Part shown: positions 47,094 through 55,279 of the stretch, one piece after another
Layout of the letters: every line of letters begins with the position of its first letter
How positions within the stretch are numbered: position 1 is the first letter of the stretch
Assembly: GCA_002309765.1 (NCBI GenBank)
Contig: DBXY01000062.1
Location: forward strand, 13,887 to 69,165
Origin: Verrucomicrobia bacterium UBA1200
GTDB taxonomy: Bacteria > Verrucomicrobiota > Kiritimatiellia > RFP12 > UBA1067
Length of the DNA: 55,279 nucleotides
Reading direction: 5' to 3'
Notes under the pieces: model-generated
Seen by the model: the letters and a program-made list of their open reading frames with translations, nothing else
Database searches by the model: none
What the model was told of the DNA's origin: nothing
Position numbers and translations under genes: made by a program

Positions 47094-48386
47094 ATGAAAA
47101 CCAGAGCAGAAGAGTTTCTTAAGCGGCACGGCCTGACCGTTGACGGCATCGACCGCGAAGGCTTGCTGAAAAATTTTGCAGTGCAGATGGCCGACGGACT
47201 GGCGGGTAGAAAATCATCGCTGATGATGATTCCGTCGTTCGTCTCGCCGGACAATCCGGTCAAGACCGGCACCCCGGTGGTGGTGCTGGACGCCGGCGGC
47301 ACCAACCTGAGGGCCGCGGTGGTGCAAATCTCGGCGGAAGGCCGCCCGGAAATCGGCTCGTTCTTCAAACGGCCGATGCCGGGATCGCAAGGCCCGTTGA
47401 GCGCCGACGCTTTTTACGACGCCTTCGCCGAGTTCCTGATGCCGGTGGTTGAGTCTTCCGACACCATCGGCTTCTGCTTCTCCTACCCGGCGGAAATCAC
47501 CCCGGACTGCGACGCCCGGCTGCTCCACTGGAGTAAGCAAATCGAGGTGCCGGCCGTAGTGGGTACGATGATCGGAGCGGGGTTGCTGGAACACCTGCGC
47601 AAGCGCGGCTACGAGCGGCGCACCGTGGTGCTCAACGACACCGTGGCCACGCTGCTGGCGGGCAAGAGCGCCGGCGTGGCGCGCGATTACTCCACCTATG
47701 TCGGCTTCATCCTCGGCACCGGCACCAATATCGCCTACACGGAACGCAACGAGCGCATTACCAAGCGCAGCGACCTCAAGCCCGGCGGAACGATGGTAAT
47801 CAACTGCGAGACCGGCGCGTTCAACGGCGCGGAACAATCCTTCTTCGACCGCCAGATGGACGCCGACACCAACGACTGCGGGCACTACACCTTTGAGAAG
47901 ATGATTTCCGGCGCGTACCTCGGGCGGATCGGCTTGACGGTACTCCGCCAGGCAGTCGCCGAAGGGTTCTTCTCCGAACCCGCCGCCGCCCTGATCAACA
48001 GCTGGCGGACGGTCTCCAACAAAGATCTCGATGATTTTTGCGGCGGCGCCCCCGCCGAGGACAACCCGTTCCTCGATCCCGCGTTCAACGAGTCGGACCA
48101 GGCGGCGGTGGTGGCGCTATGTACCCCGGTTTACCAGCGCGCCGCCGTGCTGGCGGCGGTTAACATCGCCGCCGCCGTGATCCAGACCGGCGAGGGACAC
48201 GACCCCGCGCGCCCGGTTTGCGTAAACATCGACGGCTCCACCTACCACCGCACCCGCACCGGGCAGTTCCGCAACCGGGTTCAGGAAGAGCTTGTGGATA
48301 TGCTCGGTTTGCGTGGCATCGCGTACGAGCTGATTCGCGTTGACGAGTCGCCGGTAATCGGCGCGGCGGTGGCGGGTCTGATGTGA
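47094..48386 (+). CDS. Hexokinase (Hexokinase_1/2 family)
   Basis: LMMIPSFV, LDAGGTNLR, GFCFSYP, WSK, LNDTVATL, ILGTGTN, EKMISGAYLG, DGSTY. Confidence 0.92.
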   Translation: MKTRAEEFLKRHGLTVDGIDREGLLKNFAVQMADGLAGRKSSLMMIPSFVSPDNPVKTGTPVVVLDAGGTNLRAAVVQISAEGRPEIGSFFKRPMPGSQGPLSADAFYDAFAEFLMPVVESSDTIGFCFSYPAEITPDCDARLLHWSKQIEVPAVVGTMIGAGLLEHLRKRGYERRTVVLNDTVATLLAGKSAGVARDYSTYVGFILGTGTNIAYTERNERITKRSDLKPGGTMVINCETGAFNGAEQSFFDRQMDADTNDCGHYTFEKMISGAYLGRIGLTVLRQAVAEGFFSEPAAALINSWRTVSNKDLDDFCGGAPAEDNPFLDPAFNESDQAAVVALCTPVYQRAAVLAAVNIAAAVIQTGEGHDPARPVCVNIDGSTYHRTRTGQFRNRVQEELVDMLGLRGIAYELIRVDESPVIGAAVAGLM

Positions 48387-48420
48387 CAAGGCGTCACGGC
48401 AGCAAAAAGGATTTTAAGCA

Positions 48421-51039
48421 ATGAGCGACGAGATTCAGGACCCAGGAGCGGTTGTGTTGGAGCAAGGTGTCGAGGACATCAACATCGAAAAGGAGATGAG
48501 TTCCTCGTACATCGATTATTCGATGAGCGTCATCGTGGGCCGCGCACTGCCCGACGCCCGCGACGGGTTGAAGCCCGTACACCGCCGGGCGCTGTTCGCG
48601 ATGAACGAGCTGAACAACGTTTCGACACAGCCGCACAAAAAGTCGGCCCGCGTGGTGGGTGAAGTCATCGGTAAGTACCACCCGCACGGCGATGTCGCTG
48701 TTTACGAGACCATCGTCCGCCTGGCGCAGGACTTCTCGATGCGCTACAAACTGGTGGACGGTCACGGAAACTTCGGCTCCATCGACGGCGACAAACCCGC
48801 CGCCATGCGTTACACCGAAGTCCGCATGGACAAGCTCGGCGAAGAGATGCTGGTGGATCTCGAAAAAGACACGGTGGACATGACCCCCAACTACGACGGC
48901 TCCTGCCTGGAGCCGACCGTGTTGCCGTCGCGGCTGCCCAACCTGCTGCTGAACGGATCGATGGGCATCGCCGTCGGCATGGCGACCAACATCCCCCCGC
49001 ACAACCTCGGCGAGCTGGTTGACGGCATAACACACTACATCGACCATCCCGGATGCACGATCGACGACCTGATGCAGTTCGTCAAAGGCCCGGACTTCCC
49101 GACCGGCGCGACCATTTGCGGAACCCGCCAGATCGAGGCGATGTACAAACTGGGACGCGGGCAGCTGGTGGTGCGCGGCAAGGCCGAGATTGTCGAGGAC
49201 AACAAACGCCACTCGATCATCATCACCGAAATCCCCTTCACCGTAAACAAAGCCGCGATGATCGAACGCATGGCCGATCTGGTGAACGAAAAGGTGATTG
49301 ACGGCATCTCCGACATTCGCGACGAAAGCTCCAAAAAAGACGGGTTGCGCGTGGTGGTGGATCTCAAGCGCGGCGCGATCGGGGAAGTGGTGCTGAATAA
49401 CCTGTACAAGCACACGCAGCTGCAAACCACCTTCGGGGCGATCATGCTGGCGCTGGATCAGGGCCGCCCGAAGATCATGAACCTTAAGGATCTCTTCCGG
49501 TGCTGGGTTGACCACCGCTTCGAGGTGCTGACCCGCCGTACCCAGTTCGAGCTGAAAAAGGCCGAGGCCCGCAAGCACATCGTCGAAGGTTTGCTCATAG
49601 CGTTGGATCACCTTGATGAGGTGGTTTCCATCATCCGCAACTCCCCCAACCGCGACGAAGCCAAAGCCCGGTTGATCGAACGTTTCGGTTTTTCCGATCG
49701 CCAGGTCACCGCCATTCTCGAAATGCGGCTCTACCAGTTGACCGGTCTGGAGCGCGAAAAGGTTGAGGCCGAATTCAACGATTTGTGCGCCAAGATCGAA
49801 TACTACAAAGGTCTGCTGGCCGATCCGGCTAAAATTTACGGGTTGATCAAGGACGACCTTGCCGACCTCAAGGCCAAATACGTTGACGGCAAGAAACTCT
49901 CAAACCGCAGGACGGAGATTGTTCCGATGGACGGCGAGGTCAACATCGAGGACCTAATCGCCGACGAGCCTTGCGTGATTACCCTGAGCCACCGCGGCTA
50001 CATCAAGCGCGTCGCACTATCGGTCTATCGCGAACAGCGGCGCGGCGGTCGAGGCATCACGGGTGCCGCCGTCAAGGAGGAAGATTTCATCACCACGGTG
50101 TTCGTGGCAGAGACCCACGACACACTGTTGTTCTTCACCAACACCGGAAGAGTATTCGCCGAACGCGCCTTCGAGATTCCGGAGGCACCGCGCACCTCCT
50201 TCGGCAAACCGATCATCAACCTCATCCAGTTCCAAGAGGGCGAAAGTGTCGCCGCGCTGCTGCCGATCCGCGCTTTCTCCCCGGATGTGGACGTGTTCTT
50301 CGCCACCGAGCAGGGCACGGTCAAGAAAACCGCGCTGTCCGACTACCGCAACATCAACCGAAACGGCATCCGCGCCCTGAACATCGACGAGGGCGACCGG
50401 CTGGTGCAGGTGCTGCTCACCCACTCCGGCGATGACGTGCTGCTAATCACCGCCAACGGACGGGGGATGCGCTTCTGCGAAGACCAAGTCCGCCGCATGG
50501 GCCGCACCGCGACCGGCGTGCGGGGCATCCGCCTTCAGGACGGCGATATCGTGCGCGGTTTCGCGGTGGTCGAGAAGGGCGCGACCTTCCTGATCGCCAC
50601 CGAAAACGGTTTCGGCAAGCGCTCCGAATTTTGCGACTTCACCCCGCACCACCGCGGTGGACAGGGGATGATCGCCATCAAGGACGAATCCGGACGTAAC
50701 GGCAAGGTGGTTGCCGCCTTCGCCGTACACAACGGCCAGTCGATGGTATCCATAGCATCCAACGGCATGATGGTGCGTTCGCCGGTGGCGGACATCCGCG
50801 TTTGCGGACGTTCCGCGCAGGGCGTGCGTTTGGTGCGGCTGTCCGATGGCGCCAAGCTGGTTTCCGTGAGTATAGCAGATGCCGAAGAAGTGCCGGAAAA
50901 CCCGCTGAACGGCGTTGCGCCGGCTGACGAGCCGGCTACCGCAGAAACTCCCGCAGACACCGAAACCCCAAACGGCGGTGACAATACCCCCGAACCGGAC
51001 GCATCGCCGGAAGGGGCAACCGGCGGGTCGGACGAATAA
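48421..51039 (+). CDS. gyrA: DNA gyrase subunit A
   Basis: [26 protein letters not shown], GyrA-box QRRGGRG, pinwheel repeats, acidic tail. Confidence 0.97.
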   Translation: MSDEIQDPGAVVLEQGVEDINIEKEMSSSYIDYSMSVIVGRALPDARDGLKPVHRRALFAMNELNNVSTQPHKKSARVVGEVIGKYHPHGDVAVYETIVRLAQDFSMRYKLVDGHGNFGSIDGDKPAAMRYTEVRMDKLGEEMLVDLEKDTVDMTPNYDGSCLEPTVLPSRLPNLLLNGSMGIAVGMATNIPPHNLGELVDGITHYIDHPGCTIDDLMQFVKGPDFPTGATICGTRQIEAMYKLGRGQLVVRGKAEIVEDNKRHSIIITEIPFTVNKAAMIERMADLVNEKVIDGISDIRDESSKKDGLRVVVDLKRGAIGEVVLNNLYKHTQLQTTFGAIMLALDQGRPKIMNLKDLFRCWVDHRFEVLTRRTQFELKKAEARKHIVEGLLIALDHLDEVVSIIRNSPNRDEAKARLIERFGFSDRQVTAILEMRLYQLTGLEREKVEAEFNDLCAKIEYYKGLLADPAKIYGLIKDDLADLKAKYVDGKKLSNRRTEIVPMDGEVNIEDLIADEPCVITLSHRGYIKRVALSVYREQRRGGRGITGAAVKEEDFITTVFVAETHDTLLFFTNTGRVFAERAFEIPEAPRTSFGKPIINLIQFQEGESVAALLPIRAFSPDVDVFFATEQGTVKKTALSDYRNINRNGIRALNIDEGDRLVQVLLTHSGDDVLLITANGRGMRFCEDQVRRMGRTATGVRGIRLQDGDIVRGFAVVEKGATFLIATENGFGKRSEFCDFTPHHRGGQGMIAIKDESGRNGKVVAAFAVHNGQSMVSIASNGMMVRSPVADIRVCGRSAQGVRLVRLSDGAKLVSVSIADAEEVPENPLNGVAPADEPATAETPADTETPNGGDNTPEPDASPEGATGGSDE

Positions 51040-51123
51040 CGCGACTCCGGCTGACCGTCGGGCGATTCCCGGCCCGGCGGTTGGCGGATACCGTAATTCC
51101 GGCCCCAATGAAAGGAACCACTT

Positions 51124-52509
51124 ATGGGCACCTTCTTGTTTCTGATCATGTACCTTGTTCTAATGGGTCTGGTGGTGCTGGTTCCGCATTCGTTGCGCCG
51201 CTTCCACGTGCCTTCGGTGGTGGCGATCATGCTCACCGGCATCGTCATCGGTCCGAACGCCCTGGACTTGCTCGGACACCTAGCTAAATGGATGAACGGC
51301 GCGTACTCCGCCGAACAGCTGCGAACCGTGATTGAGGCTTTCGGGCTGCTGGGGTTGGTGTTCCTTATGGCACTGGCCGGCATGGAGGTTGACCTCCGGC
51401 TCCTGACGGTGGAAAAAAAGGCGGTAACGATGCTAAGCATCTTGACCTTTGCGTTGCCCGCCGCCGCCGGTTACGGGGTATACCACCTCTTCCGGCCTGA
51501 AGACGAAATCGGGAAGTGGGTGTACGCCTCGCTGTTCGCCTCGCACTCGGTCGGCATCGTCTTTCCGGTTATCCGTGAACTCGGCGTCTCCCGAACCCGT
51601 TTCGGGGTTTCAATCCTCGGTTCCACCGTGGTCACCGACGTTTTAAGCTTGATTCTGCTCGCCGTCACCATCCAGTACAAGCGGATGCAAACCCATGCCG
51701 GGCCAATGACCTCATTCTCGCTGTTCGACCGCATCGACGCCTCATCGCTCGGCAACTGGTTCGGTGTGGTGTTTGTCGGCGTGGTAATCATTTACATGCT
51801 GCTCTGCATCTGGCTGCTGCCGATCGTTTGGAAACGGGTGCTTACCGCCTTCAACGCCAAAGACGACATCCACGTGACCTACTTCCTCTTCGCTGTGTTG
51901 ATCGTGGTCGCGGTGGGCGAGTTTCTGGGCGTGAACCTGATCGTGGGCGCGTTCATCGCCGGTCTGGCCGTAATACGGTCCGAAGGGTTCGAGCATCTGG
52001 GCCGCCATCTGCACCGCAAGCTGGAAGGCGTGGGGTTTGGGCTGATGATTCCGTTCCTGTTTCTGATGATCGGCATGGACAGCCAGCCCAAAGTGCTGGT
52101 CGAAAACTCCGGCAACCTGGCCATCGCGCTGATGACCGTGGTCGGGCTGGTCGCCAGCAAAGTATTCTCAGGCTGGCTCGCGATGCGGCTGTCGGGCTTT
52201 TCCAATCTCAAAGGCATCTGCGCCGGACTGATGACCGTGCCGCAGCTTTCCGCCACCCTGGCGGCTGCCGCCGTGGCGTTGGAACTGCAAATGCTCGACA
52301 CCAGCTTCTTCAACGCCATCGTGGTGCTCTCGATGGCCACCACCATTCCGGTTCCGACCCTGGTGCGCTACATCATTTACAAGTTCAACATCAAGTTTGA
52401 CGACGCCTTCCAGCCGCTGCCCGGCACCAGCGGGTTCACCCCAGCCATCCCGCTGGACGACAACATCAACCGGTCCCAGCTGCTCCAGCAAGACCCACGG
52501 AGACGATAA
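51124..52509 (+). CDS. Cation:proton antiporter (CPA2/Kef-like)
   Basis: GIVIGP, FLMALAGME, VVTD, IVGAFIAGL, IPFLFLMIGM. Confidence 0.88.
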   Translation: MGTFLFLIMYLVLMGLVVLVPHSLRRFHVPSVVAIMLTGIVIGPNALDLLGHLAKWMNGAYSAEQLRTVIEAFGLLGLVFLMALAGMEVDLRLLTVEKKAVTMLSILTFALPAAAGYGVYHLFRPEDEIGKWVYASLFASHSVGIVFPVIRELGVSRTRFGVSILGSTVVTDVLSLILLAVTIQYKRMQTHAGPMTSFSLFDRIDASSLGNWFGVVFVGVVIIYMLLCIWLLPIVWKRVLTAFNAKDDIHVTYFLFAVLIVVAVGEFLGVNLIVGAFIAGLAVIRSEGFEHLGRHLHRKLEGVGFGLMIPFLFLMIGMDSQPKVLVENSGNLAIALMTVVGLVASKVFSGWLAMRLSGFSNLKGICAGLMTVPQLSATLAAAAVALELQMLDTSFFNAIVVLSMATTIPVPTLVRYIIYKFNIKFDDAFQPLPGTSGFTPAIPLDDNINRSQLLQQDPRRR

Positions 52510-53949
52510 ATGCGCAATTTTTCCATTTCCCTGCTGCTAATAATGGCACTAACCTCAGCCGCCGCGCCGCAGACAGGCGCGGATAACGCCGCCGCCAACT
52601 CCAAAATGATGGTCGAGCGGTTCATCAACACCCGCAGCGCGGGCAGCGCGGAAGATTTTGCCGCCGCCGCCAAAATGGTGCGGGCGCGGGCCGACGAGGG
52701 ACAGCCCTTTTTCCGTTTTCTGCTCGCCCTCTATTCCGGGCAGGACAAACTCTGCGAATTGCCGGACGACAAACGGGAAGCCTATCTGGAGCAGGGCCGG
52801 CCTTGGGTGCGCGAGCAGGCGAAATCGGGTAACGCGCTGGCGCAATATCTGGTTGCGTTGGACGCGCTATTAAACCGCGAAGCCCTTGACGAGGCGCTGG
52901 ACATGCTGGAGAGGGCAGCGGAGCAAGACCAACCGTTGGCGATGAACACTTTGGGCATGATGTATTTCAACGGTAGCGGAGTGCGTCGCGATCCCGCCAA
53001 GGCGGCCAGTTATTTCCGCCGCAGCGCCGCGTCCGGCGACATGATTGCGGAATACAATCTGGCCGGGCTGTACCATCAGGGCATCGGGGTGCCGAAAGAC
53101 CAGGAAATGGCGCTGGTGCTGTACCGCCGCGCCGCCGGTCAGGGACATTCCAACGCCATGAACAACCTGGGGTGGGTTTTGCAGCATGGCGAGCATCCTG
53201 ATCCCGCCAAAGCACTGGAGTGGTACCGCAAATCGGCCGAAGCGGGCAACAAGGACGGCCAGTACAATCTAGCCTACTCGCTGATGCACGGGATCGGATG
53301 CGCGCGCAATCCCGCCGAAGCCGCGCCCTGGCTGCAAAAATCCGCCGACCAAGGGCAGCTGGAAGCCCAAACCATGCTTGGCACTTTGTACCGCGACGGC
53401 GAGGGCGTAGCCAAAGATCCCGCGAAAGCGTTCGCGCTGTTTTCCGGCGCGGCGGAACGGGGTCACGCCGGCGCCAGGTACCAGCTGGGGCAATGCTACG
53501 AATTCGGGACCGGCACCGCGACCAATATGGTCAAGGCGATCGAAAGTTACCGGCAGGCGGTTGCCGCCGATAACCCCGACGCCCAACACGCCCTGGGATT
53601 GTGCCACTATCGCGGCAAAGGGGTGGAAAAGGATTATTCGAAAGCGTTTGAACTTTTCAGCCAAGCCGCCAAAAACAATTTCCCCCCGGCGCAGGACAGC
53701 CTCGGGATGCTCTATGTGCGCGGCGAAGGCTGCAGCCGAGACTATGCCAAGGCGGCCGAACTTTTCACAACGGCGTGGGAAAGGGCGCACCTGCCCGACG
53801 CCGCCTACAATCTGGCCATGCTTCATGAATTCGGACAAGGCGTAAAACAGAGCCACACCAAAGCGGTGAACTATTGCCGCGAAGCCGCCAACCGCGGCCA
53901 TGTCGCCGCGACCGAATGGCTAATCGCCAACGGTTACACCCCCCGTTGA
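52510..53949 (+). CDS. Secreted Sel1-repeat protein
   Basis: Signal peptide; many ~36-aa A..LG..Y..G.GV..D...A..W...AA.QG repeats. Confidence 0.93.
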   Translation: MRNFSISLLLIMALTSAAAPQTGADNAAANSKMMVERFINTRSAGSAEDFAAAAKMVRARADEGQPFFRFLLALYSGQDKLCELPDDKREAYLEQGRPWVREQAKSGNALAQYLVALDALLNREALDEALDMLERAAEQDQPLAMNTLGMMYFNGSGVRRDPAKAASYFRRSAASGDMIAEYNLAGLYHQGIGVPKDQEMALVLYRRAAGQGHSNAMNNLGWVLQHGEHPDPAKALEWYRKSAEAGNKDGQYNLAYSLMHGIGCARNPAEAAPWLQKSADQGQLEAQTMLGTLYRDGEGVAKDPAKAFALFSGAAERGHAGARYQLGQCYEFGTGTATNMVKAIESYRQAVAADNPDAQHALGLCHYRGKGVEKDYSKAFELFSQAAKNNFPPAQDSLGMLYVRGEGCSRDYAKAAELFTTAWERAHLPDAAYNLAMLHEFGQGVKQSHTKAVNYCREAANRGHVAATEWLIANGYTPR

Positions 53950-53975
53950 GAACAATATCATTTATTCTTTAATAG

Positions 53976-54065
53976 CAATGTTTCCAAACACTATTTTAGT
54001 AATAAAAACAATGTTTTGAAACATTATTTTAATGGCAAAAACAGTGTTTCAAGATACTATTAATA
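53976..54065. repeat. Three AT-rich direct repeats with 33-bp period
   Basis: CAATGTTTCCAAACACTATT (53976), CAATGTTTTGAAACATTATT (54009), CAGTGTTTCAAGATACTATT (54042). Confidence 0.75.
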
Positions 54066-54168
54066 TATCCAAGTGCGCCAATAGGGTACAAATGTGCAAG
54101 CACATTTAACGGAGGATTTTCAATATAATTCCGGGGGCAGGCCGCTTTACGCGCGTTGCAAAAAAGAA

Positions 54169-54678
54169 TCACCCCACGCTGAACAGCAGACCGGGATCGG
54201 GGGCGGGTTTAACTACCCACCGCTCCAGATACCGCACCCTTTTACCAGCGTTGCCGCCGTTAAGCAAAGTTTGCCACTCCCTGCGCCCGGTAGCATAGTT
54301 ACCTGTGCTGAACACCCGGTTGTTGTTTGAATCCAGAATCCACACTTGAAAAGTAAAACCGCTCCAATCGGTGTTGCCGTTGTATCCCCAGCGGTCGTCC
54401 GCCGGACTCGCGGGGTCGTTCCCCGCGTTAAAGGCATACATGGCCTCTTTCAAATAAGTCCGCTGGCACAAGACCGCGCCGTTGGAATCCAGTTTCACCG
54501 GATTCTTCATCACGCAGCAAAGCTCTTCACCGTCCGCGTTTCTTACCGCCGCCAAAACGGCGTAATAGGCGTTGCCATCCGTCGAGGCGAATTTCGGCAG
54601 CTCCACGCCCCACATCAGGTAATCGGCCCGCAAAAGCATGGCCGACAGAAACACTATCGCCAAAACGATTTTTCTCAT
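54169..54678 (-). CDS. Secreted hypothetical protein
   Basis: MRKIVLAIVFLSAMLLRA signal peptide; ends KPAPDPGLLFSVG. Confidence 0.75.
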   Translation of the reverse strand: MRKIVLAIVFLSAMLLRADYLMWGVELPKFASTDGNAYYAVLAAVRNADGEELCCVMKNPVKLDSNGAVLCQRTYLKEAMYAFNAGNDPASPADDRWGYNGNTDWSGFTFQVWILDSNNNRVFSTGNYATGRREWQTLLNGGNAGKRVRYLERWVVKPAPDPGLLFSVG

Positions 54679-54699
54679 CCCAAGCTCTCTTTCCAAACG

Positions 54700-55278
54700 T
54701 CACTCGTGAAACGTGACATTTTCGTTCACATACCAGAAAGCCGCCCCGGCCTGCACGGTCAGTCCGGTGATCTTTGTGTCAGGCTTACCCCAGCCGCCAT
54801 CGTTGGACAGTTTCATGTAATACCACTGCGCACCGTCCCACTTCAGCTCGCGCAACACCCCGTCCGCCGCCGTGATCCACAGCGTGTCCCCGCCGCCAAG
54901 CCCAAGATACGGGATATCCTGCACATTCACCGCCGCCGGGTTGGTTCCGTAAACCAGATTCCATCCGTCGACGCTGTCAAGCGTTGCCGCCCAGCCGGCC
55001 GGGTCGGACCAAGGTTGCGTCTCGTTCCACCGGCGGATTTCGCCGTTGATGCGGACCGTGCCGCCGCCAGCGCGGTAAAAAGCGACTGCCCCAAGGATGC
55101 CGATATCCAGCGCGCCGGCATCGACCGTTCCCTCGGCATTCCACGTCCGCGCCCTGGCGTCATATCGGCACTCGCGCCAGAAACCGCCACCGCTGTCCCA
55201 CTTGTACCCCTGCGGTCCGCCGGAAGCCGGGAACACCCGAACCAAATCGCCATCCTTGAGCGAGGAAGACTGAAACAG
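54700..55278 (-). CDS. Hypothetical Trp/Gly-rich protein, 5' end outside window
   Basis: Frame stays open from the window edge to the stop at 54700. Confidence 0.65.
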   Translation of the reverse strand: MFQSSSLKDGDLVRVFPASGGPQGYKWDSGGGFWRECRYDARARTWNAEGTVDAGALDIGILGAVAFYRAGGGTVRINGEIRRWNETQPWSDPAGWAATLDSVDGWNLVYGTNPAAVNVQDIPYLGLGGGDTLWITAADGVLRELKWDGAQWYYMKLSNDGGWGKPDTKITGLTVQAGAAFWYVNENVTFHE

Positions 55279-55279
55279 T

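Noticed and set aside
48394-49611. Long antisense ORFs (also 34218-35525, 21574-22848, 41711-43024, 39860-41020)
   Set aside because: Shadow frames of well-supported genes in GC-rich DNA.
52510-53949. Internal DNA periodicity in the Sel1 gene
   Set aside because: Fully explained by ordinary 36-aa Sel1 protein repeats.

Overview
A GC-rich bacterial chromosomal segment. Gene content suggests a PVC-superphylum anaerobe such as Kiritimatiellota or Lentisphaerota; this is inference only. Most of the window is housekeeping and carbohydrate metabolism: 3' part of dnaE, aspS, RluA/RluD, two PTS-EIIA fusions, an Orn/Lys/Arg decarboxylase, rpmI-rplT, rubredoxin/rubrerythrin, several glycoside hydrolases, MalY/PatB, fabH, citrate synthase, MscS, hexokinase, gyrA, a CPA2 antiporter and a Sel1 protein. 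The standout is an accessory locus at about 28.3-37.0 kb. It holds two secreted proteins with different N-termini and a shared C-terminal domain, plus an orphan copy of only the last 64 codons. These three ends are gap-free colinear. Two of them differ almost only at codon positions 1-2 of NNC/NNT codons, the footprint expected of diversity-generating retroelement (DGR) variable repeats. No reverse transcriptase or template repeat is visible, so any mutagenesis would act in trans. Each variable end is followed by a ~130-150 bp tail ending in a REP doublet. The tail also delimits AAA-ATPase and GH43 cassettes and sits among stranded 3' gene ends, suggesting a REP-linked cassette-shuffling array of DGR targets. 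Smaller observations: a decayed Fur/PerR remnant before rubredoxin-rubrerythrin, a structured rpmI-rplT leader, Val at the GyrA Ser83-equivalent, and two 33-34 bp triple repeats. All calls come from reading the sequence; no searches were run.
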